DNA from: Thiothrix sp. | GTDB lineage: Bacteria > Pseudomonadota > Gammaproteobacteria > Poriferisulfidales > GCA-002705445 | NCBI GenBank assembly: GCA_038154165.1 | Contig: JAYOZO010000001.1 | Coordinates: 22,297-56,757, forward strand | Length of the DNA stretch: 34,461 nt | Direction: 5' to 3' | Part shown: positions 1 to 11,868 of the stretch, in pieces | How the letters are laid out: each line of letters starts with the position of its first letter | Numbering within the stretch: position 1 is the first letter of the stretch | The notes under the pieces: generated by a model | What the model was told of the DNA's origin: nothing | The model's input: only the letters and a program-made list of their open reading frames with translations | Databases searched by the model: none | Program-made: the position numbers and the translations under genes

Positions 1-209
1 AAATTTATAAAACAAAAATAAAAATTTAATATTTTTATTTTTTTGTCAAAATTTTTTTATTTGTTGCTACCACTTTAAAAAAACACGACTCACTTTTATT
101 TTTTAATTTTAGAAATGATCGCACAAGACAAATTGCGAGAGCTTTAAATGTAGAAAGATTTAATAATTTTAAAAGAACTAATAATAATACAGCCTATTCT
201 ATTACTACT

Positions 210-878
210 ATGACAGAATATGATCCTTATTTTTCTTGTCCTGTTGCATTTAGAACAAAAACCCCAGATGTAACTCTTGGAAGTATAATTAGCGAACTTG
301 GGCTTAAGCAATTCCACTGTGCAGAAACTGAAAAATACCCTCATATAACTTATTTTATTAATGGAGGTAGAGAGGAGCCTTATCTAGGCGAAAAAAGAGT
401 TCTTATTCCGTCGCCAAACGTTGCAACGTATGACCTAAAGCCAGAAATGAGCTGCCGCGAAGTCGGAGAAGAAGTTATTAGAGCAATAAAAAATACTGAG
501 TATAAGCTAATCGTAGTTAATTTTGCAAATGGAGATATGGTCGGACATACAGCTATAAAAAAAGCAATAATTCGCGCAATGGAAGAACTTGATTCTGTTA
601 TTGGAGAAGTCGTATGTGAAGCTATTGGAGAAAATGTATCAACATTGATAACTGCAGACCATGGAAATGTAGATGAAATTAATAACCCTATCTCGGGAGA
701 GCCAAACACAAAGCATTCAAGCAACCCAGTTCCATGTATCATTATAGATAATCAAAGAGAATGGAAAATTTGCAAAGAAAATGGAGGTTTAGCAAATATA
801 GCTCCTACTATATTAACCCTAATGGGCATAAAAAAACCCAAAGCTATGACTGGCGAATCTTTAATTATAAGAAATTAA
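210..878 (+). CDS. gpmI: 2,3-bisphosphoglycerate-independent phosphoglycerate mutase (iPGM), C-terminal half only; probable 5'-truncated gene remnant
   Basis: The protein carries iPGM C-terminal hallmarks (AETEKYPHITYFINGGREEP, ATYDLKPEMS, NFANGDMVGH, ITADHGN, MTGESLI). The same frame stays open back to nt 30 and still reads iPGM-like (FFNFRNDRTRQIARAL at 99-146). It has no ATG/GTG/TTG before 210 and an in-frame TAA at 27-29. About 250 N-terminal residues of a normal ~510-aa enzyme are missing. Confidence 0.8.
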   Translation: MTEYDPYFSCPVAFRTKTPDVTLGSIISELGLKQFHCAETEKYPHITYFINGGREEPYLGEKRVLIPSPNVATYDLKPEMSCREVGEEVIRAIKNTEYKLIVVNFANGDMVGHTAIKKAIIRAMEELDSVIGEVVCEAIGENVSTLITADHGNVDEINNPISGEPNTKHSSNPVPCIIIDNQREWKICKENGGLANIAPTILTLMGIKKPKAMTGESLIIRN

Positions 879-1789
879 TCAAAAACACTCCCCGGTATTT
901 CATCACTGTTTTTTGTCATATTGCTTTCATCTGGCATATCATCAAAAACTATAGCTCCATCTATACTATCATCTTTTTTATTTGAAAAATTTAATTCTGT
1001 TTTTTTCTCTTCAATTATATATTCATTTTCTTTTGACAAATCAAAATCATCTACTTCTAATTGCCCGCCTAAATTTTTTCCTAATTTCTTTTCGTCTAAG
1101 AGCCCTTTGTGAAAAGCAACAATTTCTTTAAATGTTTCTAAAGCATAATCAAAATTAAGTCCTTTTTTTATTGGAACTAAAATACTGCCTTTTGTTTTAA
1201 TCAATCTAGCCATAACTTTTTTATTTAATACTTTTGAATCATAATCTGACAATCCTTCCATGCCTCCAATAATTTTATTAGTGACATCGCCAGAAACTAG
1301 AATGCTTCTATTCCCAAAAATAACTTTTTCTTTAAATTCTTTTTCTGACACATTTACATTTGACAAATTTACTATTGATAATACTATTGCACATCCTTTC
1401 TTATTTGCATCTGATCCTGGCTTTGCCATACCTTCTTTAGCGCATTCGTAAGTATTAAATGATAGCTTGTCACCTTTAATTTGTACATTTGTTGCCTCTA
1501 GTGATGATTTAAAAAATACCTGTCTTTCTATTCGCATTTTTCGAAGGTATTCCTCATCTTGTTCGTCAGCATATTCATCCGAAAAAGCTCTATAAATTTC
1601 TTTCTTTTTGGAGCTTTTCATTTCATCACTGCATAGTGCTGTTACCTGGTCAGTAGTAAAACCTTTTTCTAAATAATAATTTATATCATCCTTACTACAA
1701 CTAGAATGAACATTCAAAGGTATTAGAAGTACTAACAATACTATTACTGAATTATAAAACACTGAATTATAAAATTTTTTTATATTCAT
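875..1789 (-). CDS. hypothetical secreted protein or possible lipoprotein, no recognisable family
   Basis: 304-aa ORF with an N-terminal hydrophobic signal-like segment (VIVLLVLLIPLNVHSSC). The rest is Lys/Glu/Asp-rich. It converges on gpmI with a 4-nt overlap. I recognise no conserved catalytic motifs. Confidence 0.6.
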   Translation of the reverse strand: MNIKKFYNSVFYNSVIVLLVLLIPLNVHSSCSKDDINYYLEKGFTTDQVTALCSDEMKSSKKKEIYRAFSDEYADEQDEEYLRKMRIERQVFFKSSLEATNVQIKGDKLSFNTYECAKEGMAKPGSDANKKGCAIVLSIVNLSNVNVSEKEFKEKVIFGNRSILVSGDVTNKIIGGMEGLSDYDSKVLNKKVMARLIKTKGSILVPIKKGLNFDYALETFKEIVAFHKGLLDEKKLGKNLGGQLEVDDFDLSKENEYIIEEKKTELNFSNKKDDSIDGAIVFDDMPDESNMTKNSDEIPGSVFD

Positions 1790-1854
1790 TAATTAATTCT
1801 CATGGAAATAAAATACCGATATATCTTAACATTATATATAACTTTAGCTAGCTC

Positions 1855-1884
1855 AAAAAAAACAGGCGCCATTACAGCGCCTGT
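1855..1884 (-). terminator. rho-independent terminator of the porin gene
   Basis: Perfect 8-bp GC-rich stem ACAGGCGC (1862-1869) / GCGCCTGT (1877-1884) with a 7-nt loop. On the minus strand it is followed directly by a T8 run (A-run 1855-1862 on plus). It lies 28 nt after the porin stop. Confidence 0.75.
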
Positions 1885-1911
1885 TCTTATAATACAAAAT
1901 TCTAATAAATA

Positions 1912-3234
1912 TTAGAACATTGTTAATATACCGAACTGAATGATTTCAACTTCACCACCAACACCGGCAAATTTAGAACTAATACCAGTTCCATACTCAC
2001 CATATCTGTCGTTATCAACTTCAATGTATGAAATATTTAGTTCTGTTGAATCACCTAATGCATAGAAAACACCAAATAATGTAGTATCAGCACCAGTCTG
2101 AGACTTATTATTTGTACTCATTCCTGCGTCTCCACTTACATCTAAGTCGTCAGCTTCAGCATACATGAAACGGAAATCAAAGTTTCCACCAGGAGCATAC
2201 TTACCAGAGATAAGCCACGCGTCACGGTCAAATTTCACGTTTTGGTTTGCAGTACCGCCAGCGAATATTGTTGAATCAAACCCGAAAGCTTGAAGCGCAG
2301 CACCAGGTGTTGTTACGTTATCAAGCTCATATTCAACATTTTCCCACATTGCAGAAAGTGTCAAGCTTCCACCAGCACCTAAGTCAGCAATGTAACGTCC
2401 AGCAATACGCCAAGATTCTGCTTCATCATCAGCAAAAGTAGCGCTGTTGATTGTAGCTGTTGCCCACTCATCATGTTTTTGATAAGTAACAGCACCCCAG
2501 AAAGGTCCATCAGTATAAGCTATACCCATAGAGATAATTTGAGGATCTACTGTTTTTGAATTTCTACCTTTACTAGTAGCATCTTGTTGGAAATCAGCTG
2601 TCATTGCAAATCTGTAAGAAAACTTACCTGCTGACCCCATGTATTGAAGGATCTCTTCTTGACGTCTATTAAAACCTTGATCATAAGCACCACTGTAAGC
2701 GCTGTATGATGTAAAGTTTGGACCGAAACCACCTAGGTTATAGAATATAGCTGTACCTGTACCGATTTGACCCATAATGTTTGTATGAGATGCAGAACCT
2801 GCGTCATACCAAGGATCAACCCATCCAGCAACCATTTCGTTATAAGGTAGTAACCAGTTAGCGAACATAATTTCACCAAATGATCCTGAGATACCAACTT
2901 TAGAGTTACGGTTACACCAACCAGTATGTCCACCATAATCATTTAAATATGTGAACTGCTCGCAACGCCATGTAACTTTTAAACCTTCGATACCTGTGTC
3001 TACAAAACCCAAGAAACCGATGTTACCAGCATTACCATTGATTTGTGTAGAATCAGTACTAACTCCTGCTTGAGTTTCTTGATCCATAACCTCAAATGTA
3101 TGGTTTTGCCAACCGTAGATAGTTATTGGATCCCCGTAAGGTCCAACTCCACCACCACCCCAGCCTGCGTTAGCAGTAACTGGAAGCATGGCCAATGCTC
3201 CGGCTAGCATACTTGCTAAGATTTTTATTTTCAT
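1912..3234 (-). CDS. outer-membrane porin (Gram-negative general porin-like beta-barrel)
   Basis: Signal peptide MKIKILASMLAGALAMLPVTANA. Gly/Tyr/Asn/Asp/aromatic-rich composition with alternating beta-strand pattern. C-terminal aromatic residue (...GILTMF), as in OMP beta-barrels. GC content is higher than that of its neighbours. It has its own strong terminator. Confidence 0.8.
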   Translation of the reverse strand: MKIKILASMLAGALAMLPVTANAGWGGGGVGPYGDPITIYGWQNHTFEVMDQETQAGVSTDSTQINGNAGNIGFLGFVDTGIEGLKVTWRCEQFTYLNDYGGHTGWCNRNSKVGISGSFGEIMFANWLLPYNEMVAGWVDPWYDAGSASHTNIMGQIGTGTAIFYNLGGFGPNFTSYSAYSGAYDQGFNRRQEEILQYMGSAGKFSYRFAMTADFQQDATSKGRNSKTVDPQIISMGIAYTDGPFWGAVTYQKHDEWATATINSATFADDEAESWRIAGRYIADLGAGGSLTLSAMWENVEYELDNVTTPGAALQAFGFDSTIFAGGTANQNVKFDRDAWLISGKYAPGGNFDFRFMYAEADDLDVSGDAGMSTNNKSQTGADTTLFGVFYALGDSTELNISYIEVDNDRYGEYGTGISSKFAGVGGEVEIIQFGILTMF

Positions 3235-3697
3235 TAGGACTCCTAATAATTGTCTTAATTATTTTTAAGAGAAAAAAAATTATTTTACTAAAAATTTTCC
3301 TCCCACTTAAATGCTATCAATATTTTATTATTATTATTTATACTCAATAAAACATATATAAATATAGACTTTCCTTGTCCATAGCATTTCCTACATTACT
3401 GCAGGATTCAGTAATTTTGACCTTTCTTGACCCACAAGTCAATAAAAATAAGCTTTTTTGAAAAGACTTCTATAATGAAATCAATAATATATAAGCAAAC
3501 TCTAATTTAGCCTATTAGTGATTTCTAAATGTATTTATAGAAATATTGTATAAAATGTATAATTAAAACAATTAGTTAATTAAAGCAATTAGTTAAATTT
3601 TTTTACATTTATTATTAGATTGATTAACTTTTCTTTATTTTATAATCGAAACCTGTATTATAACTTTTTTATTTTTTTAACCTTTAAAATGTAAGAA

Positions 3698-4534
3698 ATG
3701 AGATTACCATATAAGATATTTCTTTTAATTTTTAGCATTGCAATGAGTAGTTGCTCGTCACTACCCAGCTTGCCTAAATTTGATTTTGATAATTCTGCAA
3801 ATAACAACGTTTTAGATGAAAATTTTAACGGTTATGATGATGGGCTTGTAGAGTTTGAAATAGAAGATGGAGCAAAAGATTTTGCAAAATGCATAACCAC
3901 GACTGAATGTAATTTTCTCTGGAATGTTGCCAAAGAATGGCTAACAAAAAAATCAGATTATAGAGGCGACCTTACAACAAATACTAATAATTTCCTAAAA
4001 ACAACCCCTCCTCTAAATAAAAATAATGCAGATAAAATTAGTTTTGAGGTTACTAAAATTCCTAGTGGAAAAAAAAATATAATACGAATAGAGGCAGTAT
4101 GTTCAGAGAATTGTAATAATTACATAGACCGAGAATTTTATGCTTTTAATAATTTTTTAAAGAGTCATTTAATAGCCTTAAAAAAGGGTGAAATTAACTA
4201 CACAAAAAACGAAGACTCATCTATTGCTCCAGTAGCTGAAAGCTCAGAATCAGAAATTGATATCGATATATCCGACTTGAACGAAAATCCTCAAAACTCG
4301 ATTTTAGAAAAAAATTTATTAAATGATAAAATTGAAATTACTAAAACCAATAAGAAAAAGTACATAGACAAAGTTGCTGAAAGTCTAATAGACGAACACT
4401 CATGCCACAAATTAAGCGAAATTAATCTTGTTAAAAAAACAAAAAATAAGGAGCTTTACGAAGTAAATTGTATCATCAAAGTTAAAAGAATGATTTATGA
4501 TTGTGGACCAAATGGTTGCGAGGTTCTACAATGA
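3698..4534 (+). CDS. putative lipoprotein with a C-terminal 4-Cys module
   Basis: 278-aa ORF with signal peptide plus Cys (LLIFSIAMSSCSS). It has an acidic Ser/Glu/Asp linker and a C-terminal C-x16-LYEVxC-x10-C-x4-C module. Its stop overlaps the next start (ATGA at 4531-4534). Confidence 0.65.
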   Translation: MRLPYKIFLLIFSIAMSSCSSLPSLPKFDFDNSANNNVLDENFNGYDDGLVEFEIEDGAKDFAKCITTTECNFLWNVAKEWLTKKSDYRGDLTTNTNNFLKTTPPLNKNNADKISFEVTKIPSGKKNIIRIEAVCSENCNNYIDREFYAFNNFLKSHLIALKKGEINYTKNEDSSIAPVAESSESEIDIDISDLNENPQNSILEKNLLNDKIEITKTNKKKYIDKVAESLIDEHSCHKLSEINLVKKTKNKELYEVNCIIKVKRMIYDCGPNGCEVLQ

Positions 4535-4839
4535 GAGCTTCAAATTTAATTTTATTATTTTTTATTACATTAAGTTTTCTAGGATGTTCTTCTAATTCAT
4601 CAAGCATAAAAGATTGGCTTAAGGAAGGCACTAAAGAATATCAAGAAACATCAAAAAAAGGCACAGAAGTTGGCAAAACTAATTTAAAAGATTATTTAAC
4701 AAAAAATGGGTGCATCAGAGGCACAAGCGCAAAAATAATCGAAACCAAAAATAATAACGCTCTTCTTTACGAGGTCATTTGTGTAAAAAAATCAGAAAAA
4801 TTTGTTGTTAAATGCGATGAACGTAGCTGTTCAAAATAG
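4531..4839 (+). CDS. putative small lipoprotein, paralogous 4-Cys module
   Basis: ATG at 4531 gives MRASNLILLFFITLSFLGCSS, a signal peptide with lipobox-like FLGC. The C-terminal module is C-x17-LYEVxC-x10-C-x4-C, matching the upstream gene. The ORF-track TTG start at 4501 is less likely. Confidence 0.65.
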   Translation: MRASNLILLFFITLSFLGCSSNSSSIKDWLKEGTKEYQETSKKGTEVGKTNLKDYLTKNGCIRGTSAKIIETKNNNALLYEVICVKKSEKFVVKCDERSCSK

Positions 4840-4840
4840 C

Positions 4841-4867
4841 GCAGAATAGCTCTTATCTGCTTTTTTT
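4841..4867 (+). terminator. weak candidate terminator after the lipoprotein pair
   Basis: 5-bp stem GCAGA/TCTGC with a ~10-nt loop, followed by T7 (4861-4867). It overlaps the 3' end of the convergent parA-like gene. The stem is short, so support is low. Confidence 0.3.
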
Positions 4868-5479
4868 ACTGTTTAACCAATCTATTATTGGCTCAAAATA
4901 ATCTCTATCTAGCTCAGTTAATGATGGACCCATCTCGTAAATTCCGAGACCTTTTTCAGCGGCGCGTATATAATTTTGACTGTCCCTAATCATTGTCAAA
5001 AATGGTATTTTTTGGCTGGCTAAAAAATCATCAAGCTCCCAATAAACTTTAGTGTAATCTCTACCCCTGTTCGCAACCAATGCAAGTTTTGACTTTTTGT
5101 TTAAAACTCTTGAATGCTTTTTAATATTTTTAATAAAATCTGATGCAGCTCTAATATCAATAGGAGATGGAAGCACTGGTATTATTACGCTTTCAGCCAA
5201 ATTCAAAACTTTTGTTAATGCAGCACCGTTTAACCCGGCAGGAGCGTCAATTATCTTATAATCTACGCCTCTTCTAATTTCCCCGCCGAACCCCTTAACT
5301 CCAATTATAGGTGGTTTTGCTGAAGAACGAGCTTTAAGCCAACTTATTGAGCTTTCTTGCACATCTAAATCGACAAGAGCAACAGATTTGCCAATAGACG
5401 CATAAAAGCTAGCTAAATTTGTTGCTATTGTAGTCTTGCCAGAGCCACCTTTCGAATTTAAAACTAATATTTTTCTCAT
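4853..5479 (-). CDS. orphan small ParA/MinD-family P-loop ATPase (type Ib ParA-like size)
   Basis: Deviant Walker A NSKGGSGKTTIATNLA at the extreme N-terminus, followed by VALVDLD (Walker A') and IIDAP (Walker B-like). At 208 aa it has no N-terminal HTH extension. There is no adjacent parB/parG-like gene. Confidence 0.85.
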   Translation of the reverse strand: MRKILVLNSKGGSGKTTIATNLASFYASIGKSVALVDLDVQESSISWLKARSSAKPPIIGVKGFGGEIRRGVDYKIIDAPAGLNGAALTKVLNLAESVIIPVLPSPIDIRAASDFIKNIKKHSRVLNKKSKLALVANRGRDYTKVYWELDDFLASQKIPFLTMIRDSQNYIRAAEKGLGIYEMGPSLTELDRDYFEPIIDWLNSKKSR

Positions 5480-5534
5480 AAATAATAAATTAAGTAGATT
5501 ATATTTTCTTTCATATTTTTATATTATCACTTAT

Positions 5535-5586
5535 TTATAAGATGTCTAATTTATAAGATATTTAATTTTTATAAGATATTTAATTT
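5535..5586. repeat. three tandem 16-18-bp direct repeats (iteron-like) upstream of the parA-like gene
   Basis: The units are TTATAAGATGTCTAAT (5535-5550), TTATAAGATATTTAATTT (5551-5568) and TTATAAGATATTTAATTT (5569-5586). Units 2 and 3 are identical and unit 1 differs at 2 of its 16 positions. The array abuts the xthA stop codon. Confidence 0.8.
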
Positions 5587-6356
5587 CAAACATCAAAAAC
5601 AGAGATTACAGGAGCATGATCTGATGGCCTCTCGTTTTTTCTTGGGCCAATATCAATATAACTTTTTAAGCATTTTTTAGATAATGCTGCGTTTGTTAAA
5701 ATCAAGTCTATTCTTAATCCTTTATTACGCCTAAATGCTCCAGTCCTATAATCCCACCAGCTAAAGAGATCTTTGTCTTGCTTAAAAAGTCTAAAACTAT
5801 CTGAAAATCCTAAATTTAAAATTTCTCCTAAAGCATTTCTCTCTTTTTTTGAACAAAGAATTTTATCATTCCAAATCTCGGGGTCGAACACATCAATATC
5901 GCTTGGAGCAATATTAAAATCCCCCAAAATTACATAATACTCCGTTTTAATTAAATCTTTTTTTATATGTTTTTTTACATCTTTCAGCCATGAGAGCTTG
6001 TATTCGTATTTACTAGAACCAACTTCCTGCCCATTCACAACATATAAATTCACCACAGTAAGATTATTATTATATCTTGTTAGTAAAAATCTTTTCTGTT
6101 CTTGTTCTTTACCATTTATTAATTTTATTGAGCTTTTTATTGGCAGCTTGCTTATTGTTGTTACCCCATTATATGTTTTTTGTCCAAGGTAATCACAAAA
6201 GTAGCCTGCATTTTGAATCTCCTCTATTGGGAATAAAGCATCTTCAACTTTTGTTTCTTGAATTGCCAAAATATCAATATCGCTATTTTTAACCCAATCT
6301 AAAACCTGAGGGAGTCTAACCCTTAGAGAATTAACATTCCAAGATGCAATTTTCAT
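5586..6356 (-). CDS. xthA: exodeoxyribonuclease III (AP endonuclease)
   Basis: EEP-family motifs MKIASWNVNSLR, ILAIQETK, GDFNIAP and the C-terminal SDHAPV. Length 256 aa. Confidence 0.9.
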   Translation of the reverse strand: MKIASWNVNSLRVRLPQVLDWVKNSDIDILAIQETKVEDALFPIEEIQNAGYFCDYLGQKTYNGVTTISKLPIKSSIKLINGKEQEQKRFLLTRYNNNLTVVNLYVVNGQEVGSSKYEYKLSWLKDVKKHIKKDLIKTEYYVILGDFNIAPSDIDVFDPEIWNDKILCSKKERNALGEILNLGFSDSFRLFKQDKDLFSWWDYRTGAFRRNKGLRIDLILTNAALSKKCLKSYIDIGPRKNERPSDHAPVISVFDV

Positions 6357-8395
6357 TTTAAACCTAAACTTTTTAGAAGGGGCTCTATTTTTGCCTCTCT
6401 TCCACGAAAGGCAATATATAATTCCTTTGCAGATTTTGAGCCACCTGTTTCTAAAATGCTTTTCATAAATTTTGCTCCAACTTTTTTACCAACTGAACCT
6501 TTCTCTTTAAACGCCATAAATGCATCAGCAGATAATACCTCAGCCCATTTATAACTATAATAACCAGCAGCATATCCGCCCGCGAATATATGTGAAAAAC
6601 TATTCTGGAACTTATTATTTTTGTTTATTGGCATCAATGAAGTTTCTTGTCTAACATCATTTAAAACCTTATCGGCTAATTTTTTCTTATTCTTGCTAGC
6701 ATTCATATGCAACAGAAAATCAAATAAAGAAAACTCAATTTGTCGAATCAATGACATGCCTGAATTGTAGTTTTTAGTGGCTAATAATTTTTTAAATAAA
6801 CCACTTGAAAGTTTTTGCTTTGTTTCATGATGATATGCAAATGTATCTAAAACTTTTTTTTCCCAACACCAATTTTCCATAAATTGACTAGGCAGCTCAA
6901 CAGCGTCCCACTCAACTCCAGAAATTCCAGATATTGCTGCATAATCAATCTTTGTAAGCATGTGTTGCAAACCATGTCCAAACTCATGAAATAAAGTTTC
7001 AACATCATAATGAGAAAAATATGCTGGACTAGTTTTTGTTGGAGGACTTGAATTACAAGTAATAAAGGCAACCGGGTGCTGAATTAAACCGTTATTTTTT
7101 TTTCTTCTTTGAATACATTCATCCATCCAGGCCCCACCACGTTTATTTTGTCTTGCATATAAATCAAAATAAAACTTTCCTCTTAATTGATTTTTTTTAT
7201 CATATATTTCATACAACCTTACATCTGGATGCCATACATCTTTGGTTTTGCATAATACTACTTTTATTCCATATAAAGATTGAACTAGTTGAAACAATCC
7301 AGATATTACATTTTCAACCGTAAAGTATTTTTTTAATTCTTCTTGCGACACCCCAAAGTTTTCTTTTTTATATTTCTCCGAAACATAAGCAAGATCCCAA
7401 GGGTTTAGATTTACTAAGTTTAAATTTTTTTTTGCATATTTTTTAAGTACTTTTATTTCAATTTTTGCCTTGCAAATCGCTCTTTTTTTTAGGCCATCAA
7501 GGAATTTAATAACCTCATCAGTTGAATTAGCCATTTTTGTTTCAAGCGATAACTCTGCATAATTTTTAAAACCTAAAATATTTGCAACTTTTAGCCTAAG
7601 AGATAATATTTCTTCTATGATTTTTGTATTATCCCAATCTCCTTGAATTGGAAAATTTTTCGAGGCTCTGCTTATATATGCCATATACATTTTTTTTCTT
7701 AAATTTGAGTTTTTTGCATAAGTCATTACTGCTGTATAACAAGGTTGATCAAGTGTTAGCGTATATCCTTTTTCGCCTCTAAAAGATGCAACCTCTGCAG
7801 CAATTTCAAGAGAATTTAATGGCAATCCAGTCAAAGGCTTCTGGGTGTTAAAATTTAAAAACCAAGAGTTTGTGGAGTCTAAAATATTTTGTTCAAATTT
7901 TGACTCTAACTCAGAAATTCTCTCTTTGCATTTTCTAAATAAATTTCTATCTTTAGCATCTAAACCAACGCCGGAAAGACGAAAACTACGTAACGTATCG
8001 AGAATCAACTTGCGCTGTTGGATATTTAGAGTTTTATTATTTTCTTTGTAAAACCTCTCATACTGTTTAAATAATTTTCCATTTTGGCCAATTTTTCCAT
8101 AATGTTCCGTTAAAAGACGCAAACTTTTATCATATTGTTTTCTAATATTTTTATCATTCATTACAGAATTTAAATGTCTAATAGGAGCCCAGGCTTTTGA
8201 AATTTTATCATCTGACTCTTCTAATTTATAAATAAAATTTTTCCAGGTAAGTTTTTTTTGTTTTTCTACTTTTTTTAGCAAGATTGTATTTTCATTTATA
8301 AGGTATTTTATTGCCGAAAACATGTCATTAGTTTTTAAATTGGCAAAAGGGGGCAAAGAAGAACAATGTAAGAGACTATTTTTTACAATCGCCAT
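6353..8395 (-). CDS. prlC: oligopeptidase A (M3 family zinc metallopeptidase)
   Basis: HEFGH zinc motif (LFHEFGHGLQHML) with a downstream E (VELPSQFMENW). The 680-aa length and overall similarity fit PrlC/Dcp-type M3 peptidases. Confidence 0.9.
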   Translation of the reverse strand: MAIVKNSLLHCSSLPPFANLKTNDMFSAIKYLINENTILLKKVEKQKKLTWKNFIYKLEESDDKISKAWAPIRHLNSVMNDKNIRKQYDKSLRLLTEHYGKIGQNGKLFKQYERFYKENNKTLNIQQRKLILDTLRSFRLSGVGLDAKDRNLFRKCKERISELESKFEQNILDSTNSWFLNFNTQKPLTGLPLNSLEIAAEVASFRGEKGYTLTLDQPCYTAVMTYAKNSNLRKKMYMAYISRASKNFPIQGDWDNTKIIEEILSLRLKVANILGFKNYAELSLETKMANSTDEVIKFLDGLKKRAICKAKIEIKVLKKYAKKNLNLVNLNPWDLAYVSEKYKKENFGVSQEELKKYFTVENVISGLFQLVQSLYGIKVVLCKTKDVWHPDVRLYEIYDKKNQLRGKFYFDLYARQNKRGGAWMDECIQRRKKNNGLIQHPVAFITCNSSPPTKTSPAYFSHYDVETLFHEFGHGLQHMLTKIDYAAISGISGVEWDAVELPSQFMENWCWEKKVLDTFAYHHETKQKLSSGLFKKLLATKNYNSGMSLIRQIEFSLFDFLLHMNASKNKKKLADKVLNDVRQETSLMPINKNNKFQNSFSHIFAGGYAAGYYSYKWAEVLSADAFMAFKEKGSVGKKVGAKFMKSILETGGSKSAKELYIAFRGREAKIEPLLKSLGLK

Positions 8396-8416
8396 ATTTT
8401 AAACCCATCCTTTAAT

Positions 8417-11865
<3,449 letters not shown>

Positions 11866-11868
11866 TTT

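Noticed and set aside
380-742. 120-aa antisense ORF inside gpmI, and similar antisense ORFs at 921-1451, 2247-2942, 5998-6292, 9072-9929, 10578-10913, 12107-12796, 13171-13413, 15854-16153, 17281-18428, 26706-27112, 28843-29040 and 33932-34135
   Set aside because: All are nested in or opposite stronger, motif-supported CDS. They are short, low in complexity and lack recognisable motifs.
4501-4530. TTG-initiated N-terminal extension of the second lipoprotein (ORF-track start 4501)
   Set aside because: The ATG at 4531 gives a canonical signal peptide at the N-terminus and an ATGA coupling overlap with the upstream stop. The extension would bury the signal peptide.
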